Source: Octopus vulgaris (taxonomy: Eukaryota). From it: a DNA stretch of 64,000 nt. The stretch is from positions 26,598,001 through 26,662,000 of the forward strand of contig OX597814.1 of assembly GCA_951406725.2 (NCBI GenBank). Reading direction: 5' to 3'. The notes under the pieces are model-generated. The model searched no databases, was not told where the DNA came from, and was given only the letters and a program-made list of their open reading frames with translations. Shown here in pieces: positions 39,136 through 52,905 of this stretch. The position numbers and the translations under genes were made by a program. Within the stretch, counting starts at the first letter, position 1. Every line of letters begins with the position of its first letter.

Positions 39136-39820
39136 GATATTGGATTTAGATGAAATTTCTAAATATCCTTTTTTTATTTTGCAATCAACTGTTGAAAAAT
39201 ACCTAGTAATGTTTATTGTGTGCGTGCATGTGTCCCAATGACAATTGAAGAACACACAATAAATCATCATCATTGTCATCATCATCGTCATCATTATCAG
39301 CAGCATTATTATTATTATTATTATCATTGTTGTTGTTATACTGTTTGTATTGATTCTGATGTGTGGTAATTCATTAAATTAATCTCATTATTACTGTCGC
39401 TGATGATGTTAGAAGTTCATGTACAGTCTACCTAAACACAAGAAGAATATTGTTTTTTATTGCTTCATATTATGTATGCTTTCTTTTGATGTTTACTGGT
39501 GTGATTCTATAGAATAAGAGCTCTACTGAACTTCACAGTCTTAAGTCTTGGATCTGTCTGCATTTGACAACAACACTGTTTATAAAGATTTCAGTTTAAA
39601 GCAGTTCATTAAGTGATTTGTTCAAATAAGCTATATCTTCAAGACCTCTGTAGATCATGACAGACAAACTAATGCAACAAATGGACGAATTTAAAGAAAT
39701 TATAAAAAAAATTACAGAATTGATTTTGTTTATTTACATTTTCATTATACTCACACAAACACACATATTGATTTATATTCACAAATATTTTTGTAGATAC
39801 AAACACCTATGCAGACATGC

Positions 39821-39866
<46 letters not shown>

Positions 39867-41839
39867 ACAGACAAATACGCCTATATATATTTGCTTACAG
39901 AAATTTCAATGATAGAAATATATATATATATATTTATATATAGATAAATGTTTACAAACACATGTAAGTTTTTACATACAGGTATACGGATATTTACTTA
40001 CAAACAAACTTGTTTATATACATAGACACATATATACATATTATGTGTGTGGATATAAATATTTATGTATAAAGAAGTATGTATGTATATATTAATATAT
40101 GTATACATTCATGTAGATATATATGTACATATATATATATATCAGAAGACATATGTGCACACACACACACACACCCATGTATGTGTATATGTATATATAC
40201 AGATTAATCTATATGTTTGTATATATATTTGAAAATAGAAGACCATAGGGCAAAAAAATTAAATGATACAAAATATAAATGAAAATAAATATGGAGTTGA
40301 GACCAACATTTTAAAATGTTTTCTGTAAGAAAGAACAGGTTTCATATAGCTCTGACATTTATTCTCAGCACTTCCAGTACCAGCAACAGAAATACATGTT
40401 TGTTTGAATGAAAGAAAAGACAAAGAGCAAGAGAGAGAAAGAGAGAGAGAGAATATCAGCAGACAGACAGACTGTGAAGAAACAACAATGGGCTGAAGGA
40501 GAGAAACATGACAGAAAGATAAAGTGATAAAGCATGAGAGGCAATGAATAGCAACAATTTTCACTGAAAGTATGAAAATGTGTGTGTGTATATATGTGTG
40601 CATGTGTGTGCATATATATGTATGCATGTGTGTGTATCTGTGTATACATATACATACACACACATTTAAAAATTTTGTGCATGTTTGTCCTCTTCTGTTT
40701 GTATTTTAATGAAGTGAGAATAACAAGGAATATATGAAGTCTTATGTGACATATGTCATGGTCTTTAACCCTCTCAATACAGCATTATCTGCAGCCTAGA
40801 TCTGCATCATGCTGGGATAAAATATGTCAGTTTAAGATGGTCTCAAAAATGTTTCTTACATTTTTTTCCTTTTTATTCCTTTACCATTTATGAAAATTTG
40901 AACAAATCTTATTTGCCTGTTGTCAAAGACAGCATCCTGTTGTTGGTAAATCAAATAAATTTGATTCAGAAGTCTGCAACAAAAGTCCTGTATTAAGTGA
41001 AAGGGTTAAACACACACACACAGAGGGATTTGTTGAGCAGTTGTAGTAACTTACCTGTTTTGGTTGTCATATAAGCTTGAGTTTTTTAGTACACTGAGAT
41101 TGCTACTCAGTTTCAATTCCTAGTTTTGATAAGACATGCTTATTGTAATATTTTTGACTTTATTTGCTTATAGTATAAAGTATGCACTTGTGTGTGTGTG
41201 CGCACGGTTTAAGAATCTGAGGTTTCTTGCTTAGATATCTTGTCATCATCATTTCTTCTCATTTCCATTCTCCTTCTTCCTTTCTTCAGGCTCTTTATGT
41301 CCAGAGTTTAAATCTTGATAAGTTCCACTCAGCCTTTCATCTTTCTGAGCTCAATTAGATATAGTACCAGTCAAATACTGTGGTCAATTTGTGGTTTGTG
41401 CCTGTTCTAGAAATAGCTACAAATGTTTCTCTTTAGTCAAATGTTCCTTAACTTTTTCAAGATCAACTTGATATGGTGAAGTGGAAGGAGAGGTGCTATC
41501 TTCTAGTATAATTGTTAACAGTGAAGTGGCACTAGTGAACATGACACAAGTGATTGAGTATACTTTCAGAGAGCACCTGTAGGCCAGAGAATGACAGTTG
41601 AAAGAGGGTAGTGTGAGTAATATTGGACCTATAGGGCTCCTTGGTTAGTCATAAGTGGAGGCTCACTTCTCTGAAGACTATATTTCAGATTTGCATACCA
41701 TGTATGTATACTTATTTTTATCTCATTTCACAGCTAGTCTACATGGAAATCCTCTTCACACACTATTTGTAACATGTTTATGTGAATTCACTCTCATTTG
41801 CAACCCCTGTGGCAACTAAATGGAATCTTTTTTTTATTA

Positions 41840-42010
41840 GCAAGGTGTAAGAGCATTGGAAAAAATACTTTGTGGTATTTGTTCTGGTTCTTTACATTCT
41901 GAGTTCAAATTCTACTGAAGTCAACTTTGTCTTTCATCCTTTTGTGGTTGATAAAATAAAATATTAATCAAATACTGAGGTTGATGCAATCAGCTAAACC
42001 TCTCACTTGT
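41840..42010 (+). mobile_element. SINE family A copy, degenerate
   Basis: TACATTCTGAGTTCAAATTCTACTGAAGTCAACTTTGTCTTTCATCCTTTTGTGGTTGATAAAATAA. Weaker + strand fragments also at about 41290-41400, 51380-51422, 58335-58420 and 63855-63930. Confidence 0.8.
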
Positions 42011-42559
42011 GCCTCTCTGTAAGAAATTATTATCATCATTAGTTTGTTACAATAACATCATCATAAAGCTATTATACACACGAAAGGTAAACAAATAAAG
42101 GGAATAACAGAAGTAAAGATAATTATAAATATATCACATTTATTATGATGTTATGTATTAGGCTAGTGGTCTAGTGCTAGTTAAAAAGGTGATACATACA
42201 GTTATGTTTTTAATGAATCGAGATGTAGCTTACATACGAACTGCTTATACAAGGCCAGTTGTGATACAAGACAGTCCCTATCAGACGTTTCTATACTATA
42301 GCCTCTCTCTCTTCTCTCTAACCTGCTTCAAAATGACTCCCAACAGTTGCTGCACAGTAACTAGTATTGTTATTGGCACAAGTTTTTAGTAGTTTCAGGT
42401 GTCATGCTCCAATACTAGATACTGTCTTCAAATCAGTTTTTGAAATAGGAAATACCCAGGTTCCTTTGACCTTGCATGAGGAAGCCAAAGTGAAGCTGTT
42501 TCAGTATGCAAGATTTAAATTTTAAAATCACATAGAGATTGACCCATCAAAGAATCCTG

Positions 42560-42760
42560 CACTACTATTAGCAACCAAATTCCCTCATGCTACCATTTTA
42601 AAAAGGAAGGGCACATTTTACAGTGTAATTGTAGATATGGAAAACAAAAAAAAAGCAAAAAAAAAATGTGAGAGAGAGAGAGAAACAGAGAGAAATGAGT
42701 GGTAATTGCTGTGATGCCTTTGACCATAGTTCTACTTGATTAAAGCTTAGCTACGCAACA
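42560..42760 (+). repeat. Family E repeat, degenerate
   Basis: TAGCAACCAAAT.CCCTCA...AAAAAGGAAGGGCACATT...ATGCCTTTGACCATAG. Confidence 0.65.
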
Positions 42761-44154
42761 GTAATATATGGAAATAAATTGCTTGACATCTATAGCATTT
42801 TGAGGGGATTTAGAAATTGTTGAAATAGATATTTTATAGCAGGATGTCCTCCTAAACACCAACTACTCAATTCAATAGATGTGGTAAAAATAATGCTGTA
42901 GTTTGTGTATTGAGCAAAACTTATGATAGGGTGTGAACTCTTGTCACTTGGAGAAGTAATCCAGTAGCTTAATCCCTCAACCACTGTAATTGCTTTTGAT
43001 CGATCACCATAAAAAAACATTAAACAAATTAATGCTGTTGTTTTATTCATTAGTTGGAAAAGATTAAGTATTAGACAGGAAATGGGGGAGAAAAAAGCTG
43101 TTGTACATTAACTGTACTAGTACATACGTGCATAAATAGCAAATTCCCCTTTTTTCTCTCTCTCTTTATCTTTCTCTCTATCTCCCTCTCTCTCTATCTT
43201 TCCTTCTCTCTCTATACCTCTTTCTTTACTTCACAAACGCATACATATGCATGTACACTTTTAAATAGACATATGATCAGATCTACATAAATAACTTACA
43301 CACATTCATATAACAGTAATATTCCCATAGTAATAGACAAACACGCACATATGGATAGTCACATGGAACTATACATAGATAAAAATAAACACACACATGC
43401 ACACATATTCGCACTTAAAAGCATAAAAATCTATAAGTGCCAGGAAGGACCTCAAAGACAATGTGTCTACATAGGAATCACACATTTCCTGGGTATGAAA
43501 CATTAATCTTTTCACTAAGCATTTACAATTCATTGTGATTAAGATTGGTTGGTTCAATTATTTCTGGTGGCAGCCATGTTGCAATGGGAGAAAATCTACT
43601 TTATAATTTAGTAGCATGATTTATACACACAGTAGCTGGTTTATTAGATATCAAATGAGGCCACTGCATGATTGTGTGAGTGTGTGTATGTATATGTGTG
43701 TGTGTGTATGTGGGTATGTATATATATATATATGCATATATATATATACACACATACATATGCACAAATACATTTTTATGTAGTCACAGAATTTACAGAT
43801 ACTGACTGTATACATAAAAACACTTGTTTCTACATGCATGCATATGTGCACATACACACATACATACACACGTTTGTGTGTGTAAGTAGACAAACTTGTA
43901 AGCCTCAGGCAAGTGGTAGAAAATGTTGACTGCATCAAGATTTTCTGTGATACATAACCAATATAGTCAATAGTTGCTCTAATTTATTAAAAAGATACTA
44001 TTTCTCTGTAAGGTATACTGTTATAGTAGAATCAATATGTAGTACCAATCAGAGACCGGACAAACCAGATGGTCGGTCAATCATCAAATAGAATGCACCA
44101 AAATATTTAAAAAGAAAAATAAATGTTTCATCAAATCTAAGTATAGATATCAAA

Positions 44155-44305
44155 AGAGGTGTGTGGAGGTGTTTCCTTTGCAATTGCATGGCTATGGGTT
44201 CAATCCCACAGCATGGCACCTTGGAAAAGTGTCTTCTACAATAGCTTTGGATCTACCAAAGCTTTGTGAGTGAAGACTGGTAAATGTAAACTAACAGAAA
44301 CTTGT
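44155..44305 (+). mobile_element. SINE family D copy
   Basis: GGGTTCAATCCCAC.GCATGGCACCTTGG.AAAGTGTCTTCTAC.ATAGC...ACCAAAGC.TTGTGAGTG (box B plus CORE-like segment). Confidence 0.75.
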
Positions 44306-46643
44306 TTGAGAGGTATTTTAGTATTTGGGTACTAGACTTAATCCATTGATCTAGACCATGGATGTCTTTAGTGGAATACATTATATTGCAAATATTCATT
44401 GCTGGTTTTCAATATTATAACTTCCCCCCTTATTCCCTTCTTCCTACAAATATTAGAGATCCTGTTAGAAAATAATCCTCTAAGTTTGTTTTTAAAGTTT
44501 CACAAATCAGATTTCTTGAGGTAATATAAATGAAATAGGAAACAAAAGACAATACATATATGCATTATAGATGTTGGACAAATATAAATATCTTGTCCAT
44601 AGTCAAAAATAAGGACAGTATTCACTATGTTATGGTGTGGCTTGCTGACTACTTCTATCATAGCTCTATGTTACGATTCTTATTTTTCATCTTGCTGGGT
44701 CTTGTATTAGGCTAAGGGATATCATGTCCTGCACATAATACTCAAGAGTTGTTTCCACAGGGTTAAATAGTGACATAGGTCGGCTTAACAACAGCTGACC
44801 AGAGGATAACCAGTAGCAGTATTAAAAGCAATGATAACAGTATGAAATATGATAGTTCTTATTTTTGCAGTGTAGGGCTAGAAATTTGTAAAGAAGCATG
44901 GTGGTTGATTGAATTGATCCCTAAAATGTAACTGGTATTTATTTAAAGTATTGATTTCTCTTGATTCAAACAGAAGATCAATTCCCGGAAGAATGTTAGT
45001 TTTATAGGCAATTTTCGTTGACTCCATCACATTTATTATACTGAAAGATTAAAATTGGCCGGAATGAGTCTTGAACTCAAAACATAGAATGATAAAACTA
45101 AATAACAGAGTATCTCATTTAATAGAACACTAGATAAATATATATTCATTTAAACTATTCAAAAAAGAAATTAAGAAAACTAAAAATATAAAAAAATTAA
45201 TAAAATACACAGCATATATCTAATGTAATAGCTTGCTATTTTATATATGATATCAATGTTACTGTTCTTATGAACACAAATTCTGGCATAACGAAATGAA
45301 ATGAATGAGATATCACTTGTCCACTGCTATTTACATTATTTTTTTGGTTTTTGTTTATTTTTCTTTAGTGTGTTTTGTTCCATCCTTTTTTATTTCAGTA
45401 ATATTTTTTTTGGTATTTTTATTCACTGGTTGAGAGCTTAATAGTTGTTCAATTGTAACCTATCTATCATCTTAATATCGTTTTCTCATGTGAAAAGGAG
45501 TTAAAGCTTTTTGTATGTGTGTGTTGCTTATCTTTGCGTGTATGTAAGTGTACTTTTGCTTCTTTAACATACTTTTTTAAAAATGTATTTATCTTTATTA
45601 TTATGTTTATTCCTATAGTTTTTTTTTTTTTTGCAATTTCCTTCACTATGTTGGTAATTTCAAATGTCAGACTTGATAAGAAAGGTTCATCTATAGATAT
45701 TTGTTAAATATCTGATACCATATATATGTGTATGCATCTTATGTATGTAAATATATATACATGTATTTTATATATATATATATAAATTTTATGTATATAT
45801 GTGTAATAAGCATACATATATAATGTTTAGTTGCTTTTTTCTTCCTTTTTTTGTCTTGTCTCTCATGTGAAAGTTGTTCATATCATAACGGAAGTTTTTC
45901 ATGGACAGTGAAAAATCATTTCTGTCAAAGTGGGTTTGGGTTGGTCAAATGTGACTGTTAATCATGCTATTACTTGTACATACATTTTCTTCTTATGTAC
46001 ATATGTATATGTATATATGAAAGTATGCATGTATGTTGTATATATATATATATATAAGCAAGCATGTATGTATGTATGTACAGTGTGCATATATTTATAC
46101 ATAGAGCTACATGTGCATATACATTGTGTTTGTAGTTGGTTCAAACAGCTTTGATCTGACAGATTTGTAATCAAAATCCTTACAGTAAGACTACCAATGT
46201 TTACAAATAGATTTTAAGACAGTGAAGTGTAATTTTATAGAGTTCTTTGGAAGTTAATTCTACCAGGTCAAGAGACTGCTTCCCTTCATACCTAAATAAC
46301 TACACGCTCCTATCCCTATTACTTCTCAATATGATCTAGTATTCCTCCACATCAACTAATATTCAAAGTTAGCTTGAACATGAACTTTTATTTATCTGAC
46401 TTGTATCAGTGAAGGGTTAGTAATAATGTGGCAATATACTCGAACATTAATGTGAAAATCCTTGACATTGACTTGGATCATCAACTGAATACACTTCCAT
46501 GTATTCAACCAAACCATATTATGGCAATACTTTATAGCTTTTATATTAGTCTACATATTGTACAACATAGATACAAGCATGATAAGTTGTTAAGACATTT
46601 GTTCTAAAATCACACACATACATATTCATTACTATATATATGA

Positions 46644-46790
46644 TGGTTGGTGTTAGGAAGGGCATCCATCTGTAGAAACACTGCCAGATCAAACTGAAGC
46701 CTGGTGCAGCCTCCTGGCTTCCCAGACCCCGGTCAAACCGTCCAACCCATGCTAGCATGGAAAACGGACGTTAAACGATGATAATGATGT
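46644..46790 (+). mobile_element. Family B repeat
   Basis: Near-identical to 26922-27065. Confidence 0.9.
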
Positions 46791-46832
46791 TATGTGTGTA
46801 TATATATATATATGTGTGTATGTATATATATA

Positions 46833-47030
46833 TCATCATCATCATTTAACATCCATCTACCGTGCATGCATGAATAGGACGGTTGACAGGAGCCAACTTA
46901 TGTCTGTTTTGCTATGGATTTTACGGCTGGATGCCCTTCCTAACACCAACCACTCTGCAGAGTGGACTCGGTGCTTTTTACATGGCACTAGCACAGGTGA
47001 AGTTAGTTTTAGCATGGTTTTTACAGCTGT
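46833..47030 (-). mobile_element. Family B repeat, inverted relative to its neighbour
   Basis: (CAT)n TTTAACATCC...GGCTGGATGCCCTTCCTAACACCAACCACTC. Confidence 0.88.
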
Positions 47031-47089
47031 ATGTAGATATGTACACATAAGGGTATATATGTGTGTGTGTGTTTTTATATATATATACA

Positions 47090-47327
47090 CAGGGTTGGTC
47101 AAAACTCACCTGACAGTAAATCAAAACCATTTAATTCCAAGATTAAAACAAAAAATTATTTTATATGAGACTTTGCTAATAAATAGATAAATGTTTTTAA
47201 TAAAACGGTGATTTTAACTCATGGCATTCAATTATTAAGCATTCATAATTGGAATGAATAAATAAAATTGAATATTAAGTATTTATGGAATTTTGATTTA
47301 CTGTCAGGTGACTTTTGGCCAACCCTG
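47090..47327. mobile_element. Tc1/mariner-type MITE (238 bp)
   Basis: 37-bp terminal inverted repeats CAGGGTTGG(T/C)CAAAA(C/G)TCACCTGACAGTAAATCAAAA with 2 mismatches. TA follows the right end and CA precedes the left. AT-rich non-coding interior. Confidence 0.9.
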
Positions 47328-47662
47328 TACATATATACATATATGTATATATATATGTGCGTGTGTGTATATGATGTATGTATGTGTATGTTTTTATCAT
47401 AGCCTCTTTATCCATGCCTTGTGACTGAAAGGAATAAACAGAAACTGTATTGAAGCCTGTCAGATGTACTGTTCTGGTAATTCAAAATTAACAGCTTGTC
47501 ATGTAGAATATCATTCTGATACATACGTCTGTGGAATACTCATCCACTTAAACTGAGCAGTAGAATGTCCATATAAGTGATAACTCATCATACTGTCATC
47601 ATCATGTACAACTATGTGTATGTGAAGCGTTTGTGTGTACGCATTTCTGTTTCAGTTTTTGT

Positions 47663-47694
<32 letters not shown>

Positions 47695-48699
47695 TCTCTC
47701 TCTCTTTCTCACTATATCTGTATGCGTACACAAATATGCTAGATATACAGATGTCATTTGTATAGATGTGTGTGAATGTAAATTATGTGTGTATGTGTGT
47801 GTTGACAGGATATTGAACCAGTGGTCATGATCAGTGGACGCAATACAGCTTAATCATGCAGATCAGTATGTATATTTAAGTCAATATACAGTAGAAGCTA
47901 CACTATTGTTGAAAATATAGTATATTACATGTGCATATTTATGTATTTGTGTGTAACTGTAATCAACACATACATTCACGCACACACACGCACATATGTA
48001 TGTATATATGTATGTATGTATGTATGTAAGTATGTATGTACATATGTATGTGTGTATATATATATAATTCACATATGTCTGCACAAATTTATATGTGTGT
48101 ATATGTGTTTAGCAAAATTAGAAATATTTATACAAACATATATACTCATAAATTCATAAATGAGCATGTTTGTCTGTAATATGTGTGTATATATACACAT
48201 ATATAAATTTATGTACTCACACACATTTATATGTACATTTATACATATCTATACATTCATGCATGAATTCAAATATATACATACACATATTTGTAAATGA
48301 ATATATCTATCCATGTATAAACAAAAATTTCTACATATATTCACATACAGACCTATTCATGCACAAGCATAGACATACATACAAACACATACATGTATGT
48401 ACATGCCATATACACATGATTAATACTGGAAGTGAAGATAAAAATAAATAACTAACTCGGATGAGTCTGTAAAGTGGAAAATCTTTTTTGTGGGGAGAAT
48501 ATTTAGCATATCAGATGTACTGGAAATGAAGTAACTATCAAAAGATTTTTACACCTGCATTTAATGTAGCTTTTGATGTATTTCAGCAACCACTGCCATG
48601 AACACTATCACTGCTATAACTACCATGAACTATTAGCAACAACATCACTACCATTGCCATTACAAACACAACCTAAGAGCTTCTATAAGGTGGTAGCAC

Positions 48700-49060
48700 A
48701 AAGAGTTAGAAATAGCTGCAAAATCTTTCTCAAATCACTTAAAGTAATATGCTCACATTGAATAATATAGATATGCCTGAAGTAAAAAAAGGAGCTGGAA
48801 TGGTCCTAGCTGGAATGCCTTTGATCATAGCTTTGCTCAATCACAGCTGATCTTGGACTAAAAAAGCAGATATAACAAATTAGAAGTTGATGAAAAAGCC
48901 TCTATGCATGTGAGCAGGTTGCTAGAAATAGCAACCAAATCTCTCTCAAATCATCAAGCATCACCATTTTAAAAAAAGATAGGAATATGCATTGGATAAT
49001 AAAATCTTCAACACTATGGCTGAAGCATGAATGGTCATAGCTAGAATGTCTTTGTAGGTT
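48700..49060 (+). repeat. Two tandem family E copies (about 48700-48865 and 48900-49060)
   Basis: Both contain TAGAAATAGC..C.AAATCT.TCTCAAATCA...CATTG.ATAAT...ATGGTC.TAGCT.GAATG.CTTTG. Confidence 0.78.
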
Positions 49061-49756
49061 TGCTTTATGAGGGCCATTAAGCAAGGGATTAGAAGGGTTG
49101 TTACACTTCTACATAGAGTACATAATATTTCATAGAAATCATATCCAACAATTTGTGGGGCTTCATCACTGAACGTAGCAGACCCTTTCTCCAACACTCT
49201 ATCCCACTCCCAGTCAGCCTTGATCAAGCAAACCTATAACTGAAAATGTTTCAACTATAAGCATCCAATTTTATATATATTTATACATCCTTACATTTAT
49301 ATAAATACTACATACACACAAATATTTATTCAAACAGCAACACAACGTAAAATACAATTTTCTAGGCTCTGCTTTAGACCAAATGATAAATGATTTATCA
49401 TTTGTCCTTTTGATACCTTAGCCAGCTGGTGGGAAGAGATGCAAGATTACTTGTACAGTGGTCATCATGAGAGGTTTGGGACGTGAGAGTGAAACGTTAA
49501 TGTGGTAATGCATGATATTGTAAGCACTAGGGAAGAAATGTGGTATCTCTCTCACCTGATGTCATGAAATGATGAGGATATCTAAAAGTGACATCTGATG
49601 AATCTTAAGGTGTTACAGATGTTTTCCTAAGCAACAATACAGTGACTATTAATAATAATTAATACCACTATTTTCATTATGGTATCAATTTACAGTATTA
49701 TCATTATAATAGCTCACATAATCCAAACGCTCAGTAATTGGGGATGCTACATTTGC

Positions 49757-49794
<38 letters not shown>

Positions 49795-50014
49795 CTTTCT
49801 AATTTAGGCACAAGGCCAGCTATTTTGAGAGGAGTGGGGGGGCTATTTGATTACATTGACTCCAATACATAACTGGTATTATATTTAAACAACCCCAAAT
49901 GGATGAAAGGTAAAGTCAACCTCAATGGAATTTGAACTCAGAATGTAAAGACAGACAAAATGCCACTAAACATTTTGTCCAGCATGCTGAACAATTCTAC
50001 CAGCTTGCCACCTT
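49795..50014 (-). mobile_element. SINE family A, full length, inside an (AAT)n tract
   Basis: Collinear with 4609-4813; flanked on both sides by (AAT)n. Confidence 0.88.
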
Positions 50015-50056
50015 AATAATAATAATAATAATGATAATGATGATGATGATGATAAT

Positions 50057-50435
50057 CATCACCATCATCATTTAACATCCGTTGTCCATGTTGGCATGGG
50101 TTGGACAGTTGGACTAGGTTTAGTAAGCTAGGGGGCTGCACCAGACACTAGTCTGTTTTGGCATAGTTTCTATGGTTGGATGCCTGTCTAACACCAACCA
50201 CTCTGAGAGAGTAATGGATAGTTTTACCTGCTACTAGCATGGGTGCCAGTTGTGTGACACCAGTATCAGCCATGACTACAATTTCACTTGCTTTGATGAA
50301 GCCTCTTCTCAAGCACAGCATATTGACAAAGGTCTTGGTCATTTGTCATTGCCACCATGAAGCCCAGTGCTTGAAAGGTGTTTTTTATGTGCCACCAGCA
50401 TGGGTGTTAGTTATGCAACACCAGCATCAGCCACA
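50057..50435 (-). mobile_element. Family B repeat (extended RTE 3' UTR)
   Basis: Tail plus the TCTTCTCAAGCACAGCATAT segment shared with 54370-54540 and 58770-58830. Confidence 0.85.
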
Positions 50436-50460
50436 TAATGTATATATATATATATATATA

Positions 50461-50556
50461 ATATTGTATTGTATTATATTATATTATATTATGTTATATT
50501 ATATTATATTATATTACATTATATTATATTATATTATATTATATCATATTATATTA
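50461..50556. repeat. (ATATT)n pentanucleotide repeat
   Basis: Seen directly. Confidence 0.93.
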
Positions 50557-51004
50557 AGGGCATTACTACACATAAATACCTCATGCAATGCGGGACTCTT
50601 AAAGTCAAAACAACCATAATAAATATACAGTGTACTGGCAGCAAGGGAATGCAACTTGGAAGTTGTCTCTTAAAAACAGATTCAGCTGCAAATCATGATT
50701 TCATAGTTAGAGTACATAATCCACTTTCTAATCATCAGTGCAGGCATAATCAAGACACATAAAAATAAACAAAATTCAACATACCAGATGAACACCAAAT
50801 GTATCCAACATAGCACATACTTATATATCTATGTAAGAGGCGGGCTTTTCAATTTACATCTCAGTACATGTGTATATTCAGAATAATTCAGCACTGAATA
50901 TATTCCAGTTAAAGTTAAAATTAAATATAGGATTAAAATATCTGTAAGAATTTATCAAGTAGTCAACGGGAAAACCATATAAGGGAATGCTTATAAATTT
51001 TTTA

Positions 51005-51052
<48 letters not shown>

Positions 51053-51159
51053 AGGACGAGAGTGAGAAAAAGAGAGAACTATATGAATGTAGTTATATGC
51101 CTTCCTCTATACATATTATCCTCATAAGAATAATAATATTGATTATTATTATTATTATC

Positions 51160-51288
51160 CTTTCTACTATATGCACAAGGCCCAAAATTTGGGAAGAAGG
51201 GGCTAATTGATTACATCTACCCCAATGCTCAACTGGTACTTATTTCATCAATCCCAAGAGGATGAAAGGCAAAGTGAACTTCAGCAAT
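51160..51288 (-). mobile_element. SINE family A, 3' part
   Basis: CACAAGGCC.AAAATTTGGG...CCCCAATGCTCAACTGGTACTTATTT...GGATGAAAGGCAAAGT. Confidence 0.82.
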
Positions 51289-51469
51289 TAAATATATATA
51301 TGTACACACTTCATTATCACAAGGTCTTGGATTCAAGGACACTGCATGGCATATTAGGCAAGTGTCATTTTCTATAGTCATTACATTCTGAGTTCAAATT
51401 CCACTGAGGTTGAATTTGCCTTGCAAGTGAAACTGGGAAGATGCAAAATCTATAGAAGCACTTCAGGTG

Positions 51470-51655
51470 GGTAGTACCTGTGATTCAAAAGGTATAGCAT
51501 AGTCACACACACTGTGTTATGCTAATTATATCTGAGAATTACATTAAGGCTACATGTGTTTGTGGAATATTCAGCCATTTGTGTAAGTAAATTCAACGGC
51601 TGGTTATTCAGTTGATTGAGCAAATGAATCATCATCATTGAATGACAAATTCACT
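51470..51655 (+). repeat. Family F repeat
   Basis: CTGAGAATTACATTAAGG.TACATGTGT.TGTGGAATA.TCAGCCA...GTTGATT, shared with 5085-5185 and 47520-47600. Confidence 0.6.
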
Positions 51656-52239
51656 ATCAACATCTCTGTGTGTGTTTATGTTTAAATATATGTTTACACA
51701 CACAGTCACACACTTGTATATGTATATAATTATGAACTCTTACACATGTATAATATGTATCTTATTCATACTTGAGTAAGGCATCATTTAAAAGGTTTTA
51801 TATAACAAATTGTAAAGGATTTTTATGGTACCTAAATATATACATACATACATACATATATATATATATATGCTTGTGTTGTGTTGCGTGTGTGTCTATT
51901 CTATTATAATGTTTGTTTCTTTGACAACCAAATAGAAGAATGTATTCTGATTTAACAACCTGAAAATACAACAAAAAAACATACTACTGTTAATACTAAT
52001 AATAATAATAGTGCTACTACTACTGCTAATAATAATAATAATAATAATAATAATCTAATGATCATAAAAGTAGAAGAAAGTCAAAGAATAAAGTCAATCT
52101 TGTTGAATGCCATGGCAGTGCTGACATGGCAAATGTTCTAAGATTGGAAATATTTGGTGAGGGCTTTGAAGGATACAGTACTTCAAAAAAGGTTGAGTGA
52201 AAAAAATTTTAAAAAGAAACGATCAGTTTATATATTACT

Positions 52240-52680
52240 TTCTGTTGTATTACTGCAGCTGATGGTGGTGGTGATGGTGGTGTTGCTGTTATGGCGATGG
52301 CTGTTTATCGTTGTAGTCATCATTGTTATTGTTGCTGTTTATGTCTATGTTGTTGTTTTGGAGTCATTGATGTGTTATTTGCTTGGGAAAGCGCTGCTTT
52401 AGTTGTTGACGAGAGTGGAGATGGATGGAGGAGTGTACATGTCTGTGGTCGGTGGTGGGGTGATATGAGCACTCTTCTAGTTGCTAACATTGTTGTGGTA
52501 GTGGTTGTCGTGGTGGTTGTGGTGGCAGTGGCACATATGTTAAAGGAGAGTATTGTTGTTATTGCTATTTTTTCTTGCTTACAAATGTTTTTGTTGCTGT
52601 TGCTGCCATCACTGATGTTGCTGTTGCCTTCATTGTTGCAGTCACTATTACTGTTGATGTTGTTGTTATTTTTTATTGAT
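52240..52680. repeat. Degenerate (GTT/GGT/GCT)n low-complexity tract
   Basis: Trinucleotide-like periodicity; generates the V/L-rich ORFs 52154-52402 and 52291-52737. Confidence 0.8.
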
Positions 52681-52699
52681 CATGTTCTTATTGCTTTAT

Positions 52700-52905
52700 A
52701 CTGGTTGGTTTTGTTGTTTAACCATTGTCAACCCTGATCCTATGATCAAAGGCCATAACCAACTTGTCTTTTTTCCTTTTTTTTTTATATGCATAGCGTA
52801 TCTTGGATTACATTACCCAGTGTATATTTCTTTTCAGTCAAAAGTGCATAATTTGAGGGAGATTTGGTTATTATTTCTTGCAGCTTGAGCAACCACGTAG
52901 AGGGT
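52700..52905 (-). repeat. Family E repeat
   Basis: CTATGATCAAAGGC...ATTTGAGGGAGATTTGGTTATTATTTCT is the reverse complement of the 48700 and 48900 copies. Confidence 0.75.

Noticed and set aside
52154-52737. Hydrophobic ORFs resembling membrane proteins
   Set aside because: They arise from degenerate GTT/GGT/GCT repeats; no splice or homology support.
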